Part shown: positions 25,319 through 34,919 of the stretch, in pieces
Layout: each line of letters opens with the position of its first letter
Position numbering within the stretch: position 1 is the first letter of the stretch
Source: an uncultured Akkermansia sp.
GTDB taxonomy: Bacteria > Verrucomicrobiota > Verrucomicrobiia > Verrucomicrobiales > Akkermansiaceae
Reading direction: 5' to 3'
DNA length: 64,000 nucleotides
NCBI GenBank assembly: GCA_947589295.1
Contig: CANQBZ010000005.1
Coordinates: 1,061 to 65,060 of the forward strand
Notes under the pieces: model-generated
Told to the model about the DNA's origin: nothing
What the model saw: the letters and a program-made list of their open reading frames with translations, nothing else
Databases searched by the model: none
Translations under genes and position numbers: made by a program

Positions 25319-25591
25319 ATGACCCAGAGAAACATCACACGCTATACGTACGAGACTACCTCCTTTCAAGGCTGGAGACTCAGTATTTGCCGCAAGTGGA
25401 ATCAGTTCACCAAGTACTTCTCTGACCGCCAATATGGCAGCGAAGAAGCCGCTTTCCAAGCCGCTATCGAAATGCGCGACCGCATTTTTGATGCGCTTAA
25501 AAAAACCCCGGATGACCCACGAGCTGTTTTCGAGCAATTCAAAAATGGCGCGGTGGAAAATATAGCTCCGAACAAAGTAGGTGGTCATTGA
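25319..25591 (+). CDS. small AP2-like DNA-binding domain protein
   Basis: From ATG 25319: MTQRNITRYTYETTSFQGWRLSICRKWNQFTKYFSDRQYGSEEAAFQAAIEMRDRIF. It resembles the bacterial AP2/integrase-type DNA-binding domain (GW+.....+.F.K.F....YGS.EEA...A...R). A terminator follows. Confidence 0.45.
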   Translation: MTQRNITRYTYETTSFQGWRLSICRKWNQFTKYFSDRQYGSEEAAFQAAIEMRDRIFDALKKTPDDPRAVFEQFKNGAVENIAPNKVGGH

Positions 25592-25626
25592 AAGTTCTTT
25601 CATACTTTTTCTTCGACATACTCCCG

Positions 25627-25657
25627 AAAAACCGCGTGCTTGCACGCGGTTTTTTTT
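25627..25657 (+). terminator. intrinsic terminator after the AP2-like gene
   Basis: AAAAACCGCGTG-CTTG-CACGCGGTTTTTTTT, a classic stem, tetraloop and T8 run. Confidence 0.8.
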
Positions 25658-25702
25658 ATAAATAGTTGGACGGAAAATGCGACATATTGTACAATACGGA
25701 CT

Positions 25703-26419
25703 GTGAAGTGGGAGACCCAACAGCTTGACGTGTGCGAATCCACCTTTGATATAGCTCGCAGCCTGCCTGCTTGGTGTGTGGTATCCGCCCGCAGACAAAC
25801 TAAGGGACGCGGCCGCTTCAATCGCAGTTGGTATGCAAATGAAGGAGGATTGTGGGCAACCTACAACCTACCACTTGATGAGACATGCAAACAGCCCTGG
25901 GAACTGACGCCTCTCGTGGCCGGTGCTGCGCTTATGAAAATGTTAGAACGTTTCCATATTCCTGGGCTTCGGCTGCGTTGGCCGAATGACCTACTTGTTG
26001 GGAAAGCTAAACTGGCAGGTATCTTAGTGGAACGCCCCAAACCTTGCAAAGTCGGCATCGGAGTAGGTATCAATGTATGCAATTCCATAACCATGCTAAC
26101 TCAGTTGCAGGATCCGCCCACGCGCCTAGCAGATATACTCACTCCCTGTCCTACGGTACCCCAGCTACGTGATATGCTGGGCAATGCACTGGCAGAGACT
26201 TTCTTCCTTTATATGCAAGAAGGGCCTGAGGGGCTCGTACGCATGCTGGCTTCGGCTTGGGGGCCGTCATTGCCCGTGGTCGCAGTCACCGATACCGAAC
26301 GCCACTGCGGCTTCTTCTCGGGCGTGGACACAAATGGCTCTCCGACCCTGCGCAGGGCAGATGGTGTCCTCTATACCGTGCCCGGTACATCTATCTTGCG
26401 CCTCAAGGAACTTATCTGA
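25703..26419 (+). CDS. birA: biotin--[acetyl-CoA-carboxylase] ligase (class I, no HTH)
   Basis: RRQTKGRGRFNRSW...GLWATY...KLAGILVE. GTG 25703 was chosen because the track's TTG at 25640 lies inside the upstream terminator. Confidence 0.75.
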   Translation: MKWETQQLDVCESTFDIARSLPAWCVVSARRQTKGRGRFNRSWYANEGGLWATYNLPLDETCKQPWELTPLVAGAALMKMLERFHIPGLRLRWPNDLLVGKAKLAGILVERPKPCKVGIGVGINVCNSITMLTQLQDPPTRLADILTPCPTVPQLRDMLGNALAETFFLYMQEGPEGLVRMLASAWGPSLPVVAVTDTERHCGFFSGVDTNGSPTLRRADGVLYTVPGTSILRLKELI

Positions 26420-28476
26420 TGAACAAGGAGTACTACGCACCAGCCACGACACTCACACCGATGTCTAGGATGACAAACCTCGTGTGTTTCTTTTTCTCGC
26501 TCATGTTAATCCCGTCATGTCGCGATCAATCGACACTCTGTGAAGGCACCCCGCATACTGGCTCGGCAGATACCCCGCAGCAGTGCGCCGAATGCCACCC
26601 CCGAGAATACGCAGATTGGGTCGATAGCGATCACGCTTGGGCTGCCCGACCTCCATCGTCCCTGCTGGATGCGCCAGCATTCTGCGCGCAAGAATTTCAC
26701 TCGCATGGAGACCAGCTTACCTTCCGCAGTGATCCATCCGGACGTTTTGTGGTACAAACATCATGGCATGACACACCCCTGCCAGTGGTGGCTGCCGTGG
26801 GACGCCAGCCGCTTGTACAATACATCGTGCCAGGCGAACGCGGTGCACAGCAAGTGCTCAGTAGTGCATGGGATCCGCAACTCAAAAATTGGTTTGATGT
26901 GTTTGCAGATGATGAGCGCCTGAAAGCCGAGGGGACAGCCCTGCGTCATCTCGGCGATTGGGGGCATACTACTGGCCGAGGTATGACATGGAACTCCCAA
27001 TGTGCCGCTTGTCATATGACCGGCTACCACAAGGGATACAACCGTTTTACCGACACCTACAACTCCACATACGAACAGATGGGAGTCACCTGCATTGCCT
27101 GCCACCCCGCTGCCGCACCTGACCCCATTGATGCGTGTACAGCCGGACGGTATACCCGCGTTCTTTCTCCGCAGCTAGCTTCTGCCGTATGCGCCTCCTG
27201 CCACGCCCGAGCCGAAGTCTTTGATGATCATTTCCGACCTGGAAACTGTTTTGAGGACCACTACCGACTTGAGCTCCCCGTAGCACCGGGAGTCTTCTAC
27301 GCAAACGGCATGCAGCGTGATGAAGTATTTTGTGAAACAGGTTTCCGGCTCAGCCGTATGGGTGCTGCCGGCGTTACCTGCATGGATTGCCATGACCCGC
27401 ACACTGGCAAAACAATTCTGCCATGGGAGGACAATTCTCTGTGCCTGCGCTGCCACGCCATCCAAAAAGAGGTGAATGGGAAAAAGGCTCCTTTCTCAGC
27501 TGGTGCCCCGGAGGGTACCTGTGATCGAACATCCATCGGAGGACGCTGCGTGGAATGCCACATGCCAGAATCTACTTACATGGCACGCGATCCACGCCGC
27601 GACCACTCGCTAAATATACCCGATCCCCAGTTAAGTCGAGAAATCGATGTTCCAAATGCCTGCACTATGTGCCATCGAAACCGGAGTAATGAGTGGGCAG
27701 CTCAGGTACTTGCTCAGGCTATCCCCCATCAAATTGTGGAACAGCGTCGCCCACGCATCCGCGCAGTGCACGCCGCCATGCAGGGACATGCCGACCCGTC
27801 AGATCTGCTGAATGCTCTCCGAAACGAGGATGTACCAGCTTGGCGTGCCACTCTGCTGGAGCACCTGTCGCGTTGCCCTCTCACACCCTCTATCCAACAA
27901 GCTGCGCAAGATGCTGCTGTTGACGCCGATGCTCTGGTGCGCGCTGCAGCAGCCAGCATACCAGGCCCACATGTTGCTGATTTGCTACACGACCCCGTGC
28001 GTTCGGTACGTCACGCTGCGGCTTGGTGCATGTTGCAAAATACACCCCAGCTTCTTCCCGGCTCTGCTGCCATGAGCGAACTGCAAAATGCTGCCGAATT
28101 TCGCGCCGACCAACCTGGCGGCACCATGATGCTGGCTACTCTCGCCCAGGCTGCGGGGAATACCCATGAAGCCGAGCTTCAATACCGCCGTGCTATTGAT
28201 CAAGACCCAGCCTCCCCTGTACCCTACATGGATTACGCGCTGTTGCTAGCTCGTCAAAATCGCTTGACTGACGCTCTGCAGCAATTGCTCACGTGCACCA
28301 AAGTGGTACCGCAAAATGCCGAAGCGCAGTATCGCCTTGCCCTTGTTCTTTCTGAACTACGCCTATACCACGCAGCTCTCACTGCGCTCAACCGCGCACT
28401 GCAAGCAGACCCACATCACGAACATGCCCAAGCTGCAAAGTCATCACTTCTCCAATTCATTAAAAACTCCCACTAG
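26419..28476 (+). CDS. octaheme c-type cytochrome fused to C-terminal HEAT/TPR-like repeats
   Basis: Eight CxxCH motifs: CAECH, CAACH, CIACH, CASCH, CMDCH, CLRCH, CVECH, CTMCH. The N-terminus is MSRMTNLVCFFFSLMLIPSC (a possible lipoprotein signal if translation starts at 26461). The C-terminal helical repeats include a TPR-like AEAQYRLALVL. ATG 26419 overlaps the birA stop. Confidence 0.8.
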   Translation: MNKEYYAPATTLTPMSRMTNLVCFFFSLMLIPSCRDQSTLCEGTPHTGSADTPQQCAECHPREYADWVDSDHAWAARPPSSLLDAPAFCAQEFHSHGDQLTFRSDPSGRFVVQTSWHDTPLPVVAAVGRQPLVQYIVPGERGAQQVLSSAWDPQLKNWFDVFADDERLKAEGTALRHLGDWGHTTGRGMTWNSQCAACHMTGYHKGYNRFTDTYNSTYEQMGVTCIACHPAAAPDPIDACTAGRYTRVLSPQLASAVCASCHARAEVFDDHFRPGNCFEDHYRLELPVAPGVFYANGMQRDEVFCETGFRLSRMGAAGVTCMDCHDPHTGKTILPWEDNSLCLRCHAIQKEVNGKKAPFSAGAPEGTCDRTSIGGRCVECHMPESTYMARDPRRDHSLNIPDPQLSREIDVPNACTMCHRNRSNEWAAQVLAQAIPHQIVEQRRPRIRAVHAAMQGHADPSDLLNALRNEDVPAWRATLLEHLSRCPLTPSIQQAAQDAAVDADALVRAAAASIPGPHVADLLHDPVRSVRHAAAWCMLQNTPQLLPGSAAMSELQNAAEFRADQPGGTMMLATLAQAAGNTHEAELQYRRAIDQDPASPVPYMDYALLLARQNRLTDALQQLLTCTKVVPQNAEAQYRLALVLSELRLYHAALTALNRALQADPHHEHAQAAKSSLLQFIKNSH

Positions 28477-28479
28477 CCC

Positions 28480-29274
28480 ATGCCTCTGATATCACTCTCC
28501 AACTTTAACGTACTCGTTGTTGTGGTTGGCATCTTGGCGGCCATTCTTGTCTTTTCGATGCTCAAGGGCGTCATTAAGATGCTCTTGCTTGCCATTGCCG
28601 CAATCTCCGCCATTGCTACGTGGATTTTTATCCAAAAAAACGGGTTTACTCTTATCTCACTCTGCATCAATTCTCCGCAACCGTGGATGGTACAAACTCT
28701 CGCCTGGTTGGCGACTGTTTTCGTCTTCTCAGTTTTTTTTCACGGCATGAATTGGTTCTCTCAGCTTTTTTCATGGCATCGCGGGGGCGCCTCTGCGGGT
28801 GGCATTCTCACTACTACACTCATGTGCGTGCTCATGATCTGGCTCGCAACAATCGGCGTCTCATACTACGGAGATGTGTCACTCATCAACTTTTACCACA
28901 GCCGTGCCTCCGCCACTTCCCCCCTTTCCCTCCCATGGTCCTCCCGCTTGCGCAATGCTCTATCATCTTCCCCCGCGACATCATGGATTCTACGCTTTAA
29001 TCCCATGGATGACCCTGCGCAAACCAAACTTGCCTGCTTGGTAGCTTACGGTTGCTCGCTTTCAGAAGCACAGATGGAGCAGTTTTACCATACTTGTCTG
29101 GAGCACTCCGGTATCCCGCATCCCTCTCGCTTTTTAGACCTTTTCCGGGACCAAGGGCTGCGCACTCTTGTCCGCGAAAAACGCTTTGTGAACCTTCTAG
29201 AAAACTCGCACCTCAAAACCTTCCTCCAATTTCAGAATACACAGCACTTTCTTGAAAAATTGCAGCTTAATTGA
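28480..29274 (+). CDS. integral membrane hypothetical protein
   Basis: Four or five hydrophobic segments in the first 130 aa. It starts 3 nt after the cytochrome stop. Confidence 0.6.
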   Translation: MPLISLSNFNVLVVVVGILAAILVFSMLKGVIKMLLLAIAAISAIATWIFIQKNGFTLISLCINSPQPWMVQTLAWLATVFVFSVFFHGMNWFSQLFSWHRGGASAGGILTTTLMCVLMIWLATIGVSYYGDVSLINFYHSRASATSPLSLPWSSRLRNALSSSPATSWILRFNPMDDPAQTKLACLVAYGCSLSEAQMEQFYHTCLEHSGIPHPSRFLDLFRDQGLRTLVREKRFVNLLENSHLKTFLQFQNTQHFLEKLQLN

Positions 29275-29391
29275 TAAAATTCTTATTGCAAAAATTCTCC
29301 AATAACAACCGCTTTTGCCTTGTGGTGCGATGGGCCGCCGTGATAGAATACGGGCAGCTTACTCGTTCGCAAGCGGTATGTATTTGCCCCG

Positions 29392-30462
29392 ATGAAGGTA
29401 TCAACACTGCGAGCTCTTTTTTTGTTACTGGTGCTTTCTATGGTGCCGGTGGGAGAACTTCGCGCAGCACCTAGCAAATGGGACGTTTTTTCGGTGCGAG
29501 GGGTAGATTATGTGCGACTAAATGATGTATGGAACTTCTACGGCTTCACCAAACGAGTTGGCCGCTCCGGCTTTATCTCATACGGAGCAGGAGATCGTAC
29601 TGTTTCCTTGCGCCCTTCTAGGCAAGACTTCTATGTCAACAACTACCGTTACATCCTCTCCTACCCCGTGATCCTGGAGGATGGCTCGCTTCTCATCTCT
29701 ACTATTGACATGAACAAACTGGTGGACCCGGTGCTTCGTCCCCGTCTCGCGGGCTCCGGAAAGATCACCACAGTCGTGCTTGATCCCGGACATGGCGGAC
29801 ACGATGCTGGCGCAGTGAGTCCGTTTGCACGTGAAAAAGATTGCAACTTGGCACTTGGACTGAAGGTGAGGCGCAGACTGGAGTCTGCTGGATTCAAGGT
29901 GGTGATGACACGCGATAAGGATTTTTTTCTGACCCTTGGAGAGCGTGTAGCAATTGCCAATCGCACGCCAAATTGTATTTTTGTGAGTCTGCACCACAAC
30001 TCTGGTAGCAGGGCTGCCTCCGGAATCGAAACCTTCACTCTGGCGCCACATGGCACCACTTCTCCCTTTGCCCGCACCCGTCGCACTGAAGATTTGGCTG
30101 GTAATAACCAAGATAGCGAGAACATTGCCCTGGCTACTGCTGTGCACAGCCACTCTATAAAAAAAACTGGCGCTGTAGATCGTGGAATTCAGCGCGCACG
30201 TTTCTCTGTGCTCTGTACAATTAAGCGCCCCGCCATCCTTTTTGAAGGCGGTTTTGTGACTAACCCTCAAGAAGGCGCCAAGATCAGCTCCGATCGCTAT
30301 CAGGACATGCTCGCCCAATGTATCTGCGAGGGCATCATGCGCTACACGTATAACACATGTAACCGCCCGATCACGCAGAGACGCAGCGGCAGTGGCTCAG
30401 TTCGCGTTGGCTCTCTGCACTCCGGCTCTATTCCAGGCATGCGTGCTACCTCACCTCGCTAA
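29392..30462 (+). CDS. N-acetylmuramoyl-L-alanine amidase (Amidase_3)
   Basis: Signal peptide, then VVLDPGHGGHDAGAV...REKD...FVSLHHNS...ILFEGGFVTNPQE. All Zn-ligand and catalytic positions are present. Confidence 0.85.
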   Translation: MKVSTLRALFLLLVLSMVPVGELRAAPSKWDVFSVRGVDYVRLNDVWNFYGFTKRVGRSGFISYGAGDRTVSLRPSRQDFYVNNYRYILSYPVILEDGSLLISTIDMNKLVDPVLRPRLAGSGKITTVVLDPGHGGHDAGAVSPFAREKDCNLALGLKVRRRLESAGFKVVMTRDKDFFLTLGERVAIANRTPNCIFVSLHHNSGSRAASGIETFTLAPHGTTSPFARTRRTEDLAGNNQDSENIALATAVHSHSIKKTGAVDRGIQRARFSVLCTIKRPAILFEGGFVTNPQEGAKISSDRYQDMLAQCICEGIMRYTYNTCNRPITQRRSGSGSVRVGSLHSGSIPGMRATSPR

Positions 30463-30476
30463 TCTTTTCGTGTTCC

Positions 30477-31595
30477 ATGTTTCTTCCCGGCCGTCATTAT
30501 ACCTGTCGTGTGTACTGCCTATTAACCTTTCTTGCATGGAGTACGTGCTGCCTTGCCGCACCAGCTCAACCCTCCGCGTGGATTCCTGCAGAAAGTCCAC
30601 TGAATATCGCCTACCAAACCATTGATGAATTGCGCAGCTTTTATAAGCTGTCGGATTCCCCACGGTCTTCCCGCCAAGGGGTCTACACCATGCTCAATGA
30701 TACCACCACTGTAGAGCTTGGTCCCGGCCCGCGCACGCTGCGCATCAATGGCGTGGATATCGCACTTGGTCGACCTCTCATGCGCAATGGTGTTGGCAAG
30801 CTACTTATATCGCGTGACGATTGGGTATACTGGGTTGATCCCATCTTACGGCCAACCTATATCGCTGACCGTATCAGACTAGGAACCGTCATCATTGATG
30901 CAGCCCATGGAGGATACGACACTGGAGCTCCCTGTGGTACAAGTCGAGAATCACAAGTCGTTCTTCATGTAGCGCTTGCCCTGCAGAAAAAGCTGGAAGA
31001 TGCAGGCATACACTGCGTTCTTACCCGAAGTGGGGATTATTTTCTCTCTGATCGCCAGAGGGTAGATCAATCAAATGCTATGCATGGGGCAATTTTTGTG
31101 AACTTGCACCTCAATAAATCCCATTCGGAAGCTGCTGGCCCTGCAGTTCACGTTCCAGCTCCTATAAGTGATACTGGTGTTCCCCGACCGGTTGAAGCTT
31201 TTTCATGCAAAAGTGCTGCATTGGCCTATGCACTTCAATATATGTTGAGTGCAGAATTGCATTTGCCCGGCGCGGGCTGCCGCCATGTTCATTATAGCAT
31301 ACTCAACTCGCTTAGCATGCCCGCGGTTTCCGTATCCCTAGGGTACGCCAGTAATCCCCGAGAGGCTGCAGCCCTTACCGACGCGGCATATCAAGCTCGG
31401 CTCGCCAATGCGCTAGCTCGCGGTGTACTGAACTATGCACGCGCTACTGACCCCCAAGCCACTATCCCGGTCGCGGCGGCTTTCTCACCCCATGCAAAAG
31501 CCCCCTCACGCAAGGAATTTTCAAAATCACCCCCTGATAAGCCAAAAACGCGCGGCAAACCCCGCAATGGCCGACAAAATCGGGCACGAAGATGA
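30477..31595 (+). CDS. Amidase_3 paralogue, probably catalytically impaired
   Basis: Same architecture as the upstream gene (VIIDAAHGGYDTGA...RESQ...FVNLHLNK). Where the first copy has ILFEGGF, this copy reads VSVSLGY, with Ser at 31335-31337 in place of the catalytic Glu. Confidence 0.7.
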   Translation: MFLPGRHYTCRVYCLLTFLAWSTCCLAAPAQPSAWIPAESPLNIAYQTIDELRSFYKLSDSPRSSRQGVYTMLNDTTTVELGPGPRTLRINGVDIALGRPLMRNGVGKLLISRDDWVYWVDPILRPTYIADRIRLGTVIIDAAHGGYDTGAPCGTSRESQVVLHVALALQKKLEDAGIHCVLTRSGDYFLSDRQRVDQSNAMHGAIFVNLHLNKSHSEAAGPAVHVPAPISDTGVPRPVEAFSCKSAALAYALQYMLSAELHLPGAGCRHVHYSILNSLSMPAVSVSLGYASNPREAAALTDAAYQARLANALARGVLNYARATDPQATIPVAAAFSPHAKAPSRKEFSKSPPDKPKTRGKPRNGRQNRARR

Positions 31596-31611
31596 AACTC
31601 TAATCCCCCGT

Positions 31612-32790
31612 TTAAGCATGACGCAAGATATCAAGCTTCGCGGGATCGAGCTGTTCCCACGGGAGTTCAGCCTTTGTAAAGTGCCCATAATTCGTGGATA
31701 ACCTGAAAATAGGCCGACGCAACCCAAGTACTGCCTCCATATCTGCCGGTTTAAATGAAAAGGCAGAACACACACGTCGGATGATCTCCGACTCTTCTAC
31801 CGTAGAGGTGCCAAAGGTATCTACATCAATCATGATGGATACGGGATCGGCCTTACCAATAGCGTACGCCACTTGCAACTCACAGCGCCGCGCCAATCCA
31901 GCTGCTACCACGTGTTTAGCAACCCAACGGCACATGTAGGCTCCGGAGCGGTCAACCTTACTGCAATCCTTCCCTGAGAAAGCACCGCCACCATGGCGTC
32001 CCATTCCCCCATATGTGTCCACAATAATTTTGCGCCCAGTAAGCCCGGAGTCACCATGCGGACCACCGACAACAAAGCGTCCCGTGGGATTGATGAAATA
32101 CTGCGTGTCCACACGCAGCAGTTCTGCAGGTAAAACACGCTTCACGAGCGCAGTGCAGTAGTCGCGAATTTCCGACAAACTCGCTTGCTCAGCATGCTGG
32201 GTACTCATCACTACATTCATGATGCGTTCCGGTTGCCCGTTCTTCCCGTATACCACGGCCACCTGGCTCTTGCTGTCCGGACGCAGCCAGCTAACCTCGC
32301 CAGCGTGGCGCGAGCGCGCGAGTTCGCGCATAATGCGGTGGGCATACATCACAGGGGCAGGCATCATCTCCGGCGTTTCATCCGTAGCATAACCAAACAT
32401 GATGCCTTGGTCGCCCGCTCCCTGTTCGCTGCCTTCCTTGCCCTCGGCAGCTCGGGCATCCACACCTTGCGCAATATCTGGACTCTGCTCAGAAAGGAAG
32501 TTTAGCACCCGCACCCCATCTGCATAAAATACATCATCATCTGCCGCAGTGCGGTATCCTATCCCGCGTATGGTGTTGCGTACAATTTCCTCATAATTGA
32601 GTTTTGCTCGGGTAGTTATCTCACCGGCAAGAACCACATGATTGTCCTTCACGAGGGTTTCACACGCCACACGGCTGTACGGATCCTGCTCTAAACATGC
32701 ATCAAGTATCGAGTCGGAAATCAAATCTGCCACCTTGTCGGGATGACCTTCGCCCACCGATTCTGATGTGAATAAATGCGGTACTTTCAT
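31612..32790 (-). CDS. metK: S-adenosylmethionine synthase
   Basis: [20 protein letters not shown]...[12 protein letters not shown]...GGGAFSGKD. Confidence 0.95.
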   Translation of the reverse strand: MKVPHLFTSESVGEGHPDKVADLISDSILDACLEQDPYSRVACETLVKDNHVVLAGEITTRAKLNYEEIVRNTIRGIGYRTAADDDVFYADGVRVLNFLSEQSPDIAQGVDARAAEGKEGSEQGAGDQGIMFGYATDETPEMMPAPVMYAHRIMRELARSRHAGEVSWLRPDSKSQVAVVYGKNGQPERIMNVVMSTQHAEQASLSEIRDYCTALVKRVLPAELLRVDTQYFINPTGRFVVGGPHGDSGLTGRKIIVDTYGGMGRHGGGAFSGKDCSKVDRSGAYMCRWVAKHVVAAGLARRCELQVAYAIGKADPVSIMIDVDTFGTSTVEESEIIRRVCSAFSFKPADMEAVLGLRRPIFRLSTNYGHFTKAELPWEQLDPAKLDILRHA

Positions 32791-32933
32791 GTCCTCTACT
32801 GTCTGTAATCCACCTAACCATCCATGGATTGAGCTTCTTTCCGCACTTCTCCTCTACTCGGTTTTGTCAAGACCCTCTGCTACTGCGCGCTCTCGTGCTC
32901 ATGGATAGCAACTGTTCAAAGCTCTCCATAACC

Positions 32934-33539
32934 TCACTTCTCCGGCCAGCCCACGGTCTGGTGCGCTATGACGCGTTCTCCACCGGTCAGGCCTAATTTA
33001 ACCGTCAACGCATCAGCATCTATCAATCCCCGAATGACAGTTGCTAATCCCTTGGAAGCAGCATACAAGTACACATTCTGATAAGCTGATCCCACATGGC
33101 AACGTCCCCATTTATCATCTTTGGCAACGTAGAGCAAATGCACCGGGGCATCATTAACAAACTCTTGTGTCGCGGTGAGCGCAATCAGATTTTCCCCATT
33201 CACTCTATCTAGGCAGTTTTTGGGGCCATTGTAGAGCCAAGTGCCAGTCGGGGTCAGCAGGTATAGTTTCATATTCTGCTGGTTCCTAGCCGTGGGAATG
33301 GTGCGCTTACCCTGCGTGTTCACCCCCCACGCCACCCATAGAAGCTCACTCAATGTCTGATCGTCCACCGGCCTTTTAACGTCGTATAGCCGCCCGGATG
33401 CACGTGTGTTGATGGCCTGCATGACAGGCATCCCACCTGTCATTACTGGTTTGGGTAACTGCTTCTGCTCTGCGCCCCATGCTTGACTGTTGATCAGTGC
33501 CGCACAGGCAATCAAAGCAACTTTCTGAATCGTATTCAT
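32934..33539 (-). CDS. secreted nitroreductase-family protein
   Basis: Signal peptide MNTIQKVALIACAALINSQAWG, then LSELLWVAWGVN...RTIPTARNQQNMKLYLL...EFVNDAPVHLLYV, typical of the nitroreductase/SagB-like fold. Confidence 0.6.
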   Translation of the reverse strand: MNTIQKVALIACAALINSQAWGAEQKQLPKPVMTGGMPVMQAINTRASGRLYDVKRPVDDQTLSELLWVAWGVNTQGKRTIPTARNQQNMKLYLLTPTGTWLYNGPKNCLDRVNGENLIALTATQEFVNDAPVHLLYVAKDDKWGRCHVGSAYQNVYLYAASKGLATVIRGLIDADALTVKLGLTGGERVIAHQTVGWPEK

Positions 33540-33617
33540 GCCACTCAGTGTATCACACCACGCATCGTTGTGTCAAGCGAGCTTGACAAAAGAGGTGTCA
33601 TTGCGTAGGATGGGCGT

Positions 33618-34088
33618 ATGCAACTCAATCAAGCTGTACTCGACAAAAAGGGTTTGCAAATTCCGCAGGCTCCAGCACCGGTGGGCTCATACGTACAGTG
33701 TGTGCGCACTGGCAATTTGCTGCATCTTTCCGGCGGCATCTCAGTGAGCGACAATTCCTCTTTCTACGGCAAACTCGGCCGCGATCTCTCCGTGGAGCAA
33801 GGTCAACAAGCCGCCGTTATCTCAATTCTGAATCGACTTGGTGTCATCAAAGCCGAACTTGGCAGCTTTGCCCCTCTGCGCCGCATCGTCGCAATAAATG
33901 GTTTCGTAAACTGCACCCCTGACTTCACCGATCAGGCAAAAGTACTCAACGGTGCCTCAGACCTTCTCGTGGAACTTTTTGGACCAGAGGCGGCCCACTC
34001 ACGCTCAGCCGTGGGTGTAGTGAGTCTCCCGCTCGGCGTAGCTGTTGAAATCAACATGATTGTCGAGTTTGATCCAATGCAACTCTGA
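33618..34088 (+). CDS. RidA/YjgF-family protein
   Basis: PAPVGSYVQCVRTGNLLHLSGG...RSAVGVVSLPLGVAVEI. Confidence 0.75.
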   Translation: MQLNQAVLDKKGLQIPQAPAPVGSYVQCVRTGNLLHLSGGISVSDNSSFYGKLGRDLSVEQGQQAAVISILNRLGVIKAELGSFAPLRRIVAINGFVNCTPDFTDQAKVLNGASDLLVELFGPEAAHSRSAVGVVSLPLGVAVEINMIVEFDPMQL

Positions 34089-34099
34089 ATTCCCATCTC

Positions 34100-34648
34100 A
34101 TGGCAACGGTCGTTCTTGGCGTCTGCGGCTCAATCGCTGCTTACAAGGCAGCTGATGTGGCTTCGAAACTCACGAGAGCCGGGCACGAAGTGCACTGCGT
34201 GTGCACACCCACGGCTTTGCATTTCGTCGCTCCACTCACGCTCATGACTCTTTCTCGACACCCTGTGATTTCGTCTTTTGAAGAAGAAACGGACAACTGG
34301 GTCCCTGCCCATATTGCACTGGCGCAAAAGGCAAATGTATTTGCTGTGGTGCCGGCTAGCGCACATTCGATCGCCTGCTTTGCGCAAGGATTTGCGCCGA
34401 ACGTACTCACGTCACTCTATTTGGCCAACCGCGCTCCGGTACTCATCTTTCCCGCTATGAATACACAGATGTGGGAGCATCCCGCAACGCAGCGCAATGT
34501 ACAGATGCTGCTCAAGAGGGGAGATCGTGTAATTGGCCCGGCAGAAAATGGCGAGCTTGCATGTGGCACCTGCGGGAAAGGAAGACTTGTGGATGTGGAC
34601 TCTATTGTGTCTCACATCCAGCAAGCTCTCCCAGCAACATTACTCTAG
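34100..34648 (+). CDS. coaC: phosphopantothenoylcysteine decarboxylase (stand-alone flavoprotein domain)
   Basis: VVLGVCGSIAAYKAADVASKL...VVPASAHSIA...FPAMNTQMW. Confidence 0.8.
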   Translation: MATVVLGVCGSIAAYKAADVASKLTRAGHEVHCVCTPTALHFVAPLTLMTLSRHPVISSFEEETDNWVPAHIALAQKANVFAVVPASAHSIACFAQGFAPNVLTSLYLANRAPVLIFPAMNTQMWEHPATQRNVQMLLKRGDRVIGPAENGELACGTCGKGRLVDVDSIVSHIQQALPATLL

Positions 34649-34919
34649 ATACCTCTCGTCGGCACACTGCTTGTACCCTGCGCCAGAAGCCATACTTTCT
34701 CCGCTCTGCACGCAAGTGCACCCCATTGACTTTTTGTTTTGTAGCTCCGGATGCGTAGAAATCGGGAAAAGTTTTTCACATCGCCCACCTGCCGCAGATT
34801 CTATACAAGCTGCGGATGTGCAGCTATATACAAAATCACAGTTGACTTCGTAACTCCCTTTCCATCGCAACTTTACGAATGCAACGGATGGAAAACGACG
34901 CGTGATGGCTTTTCTTCGC

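Noticed and set aside
32791-32933. Possible SAM riboswitch in the metK leader
   Set aside because: I read the 143-nt leader on the minus strand and could not find the conserved SAM-I, SAM-II or other SAM-class core sequences from memory. Only trivial short complementarities are present. A covariance-model scan would settle it.
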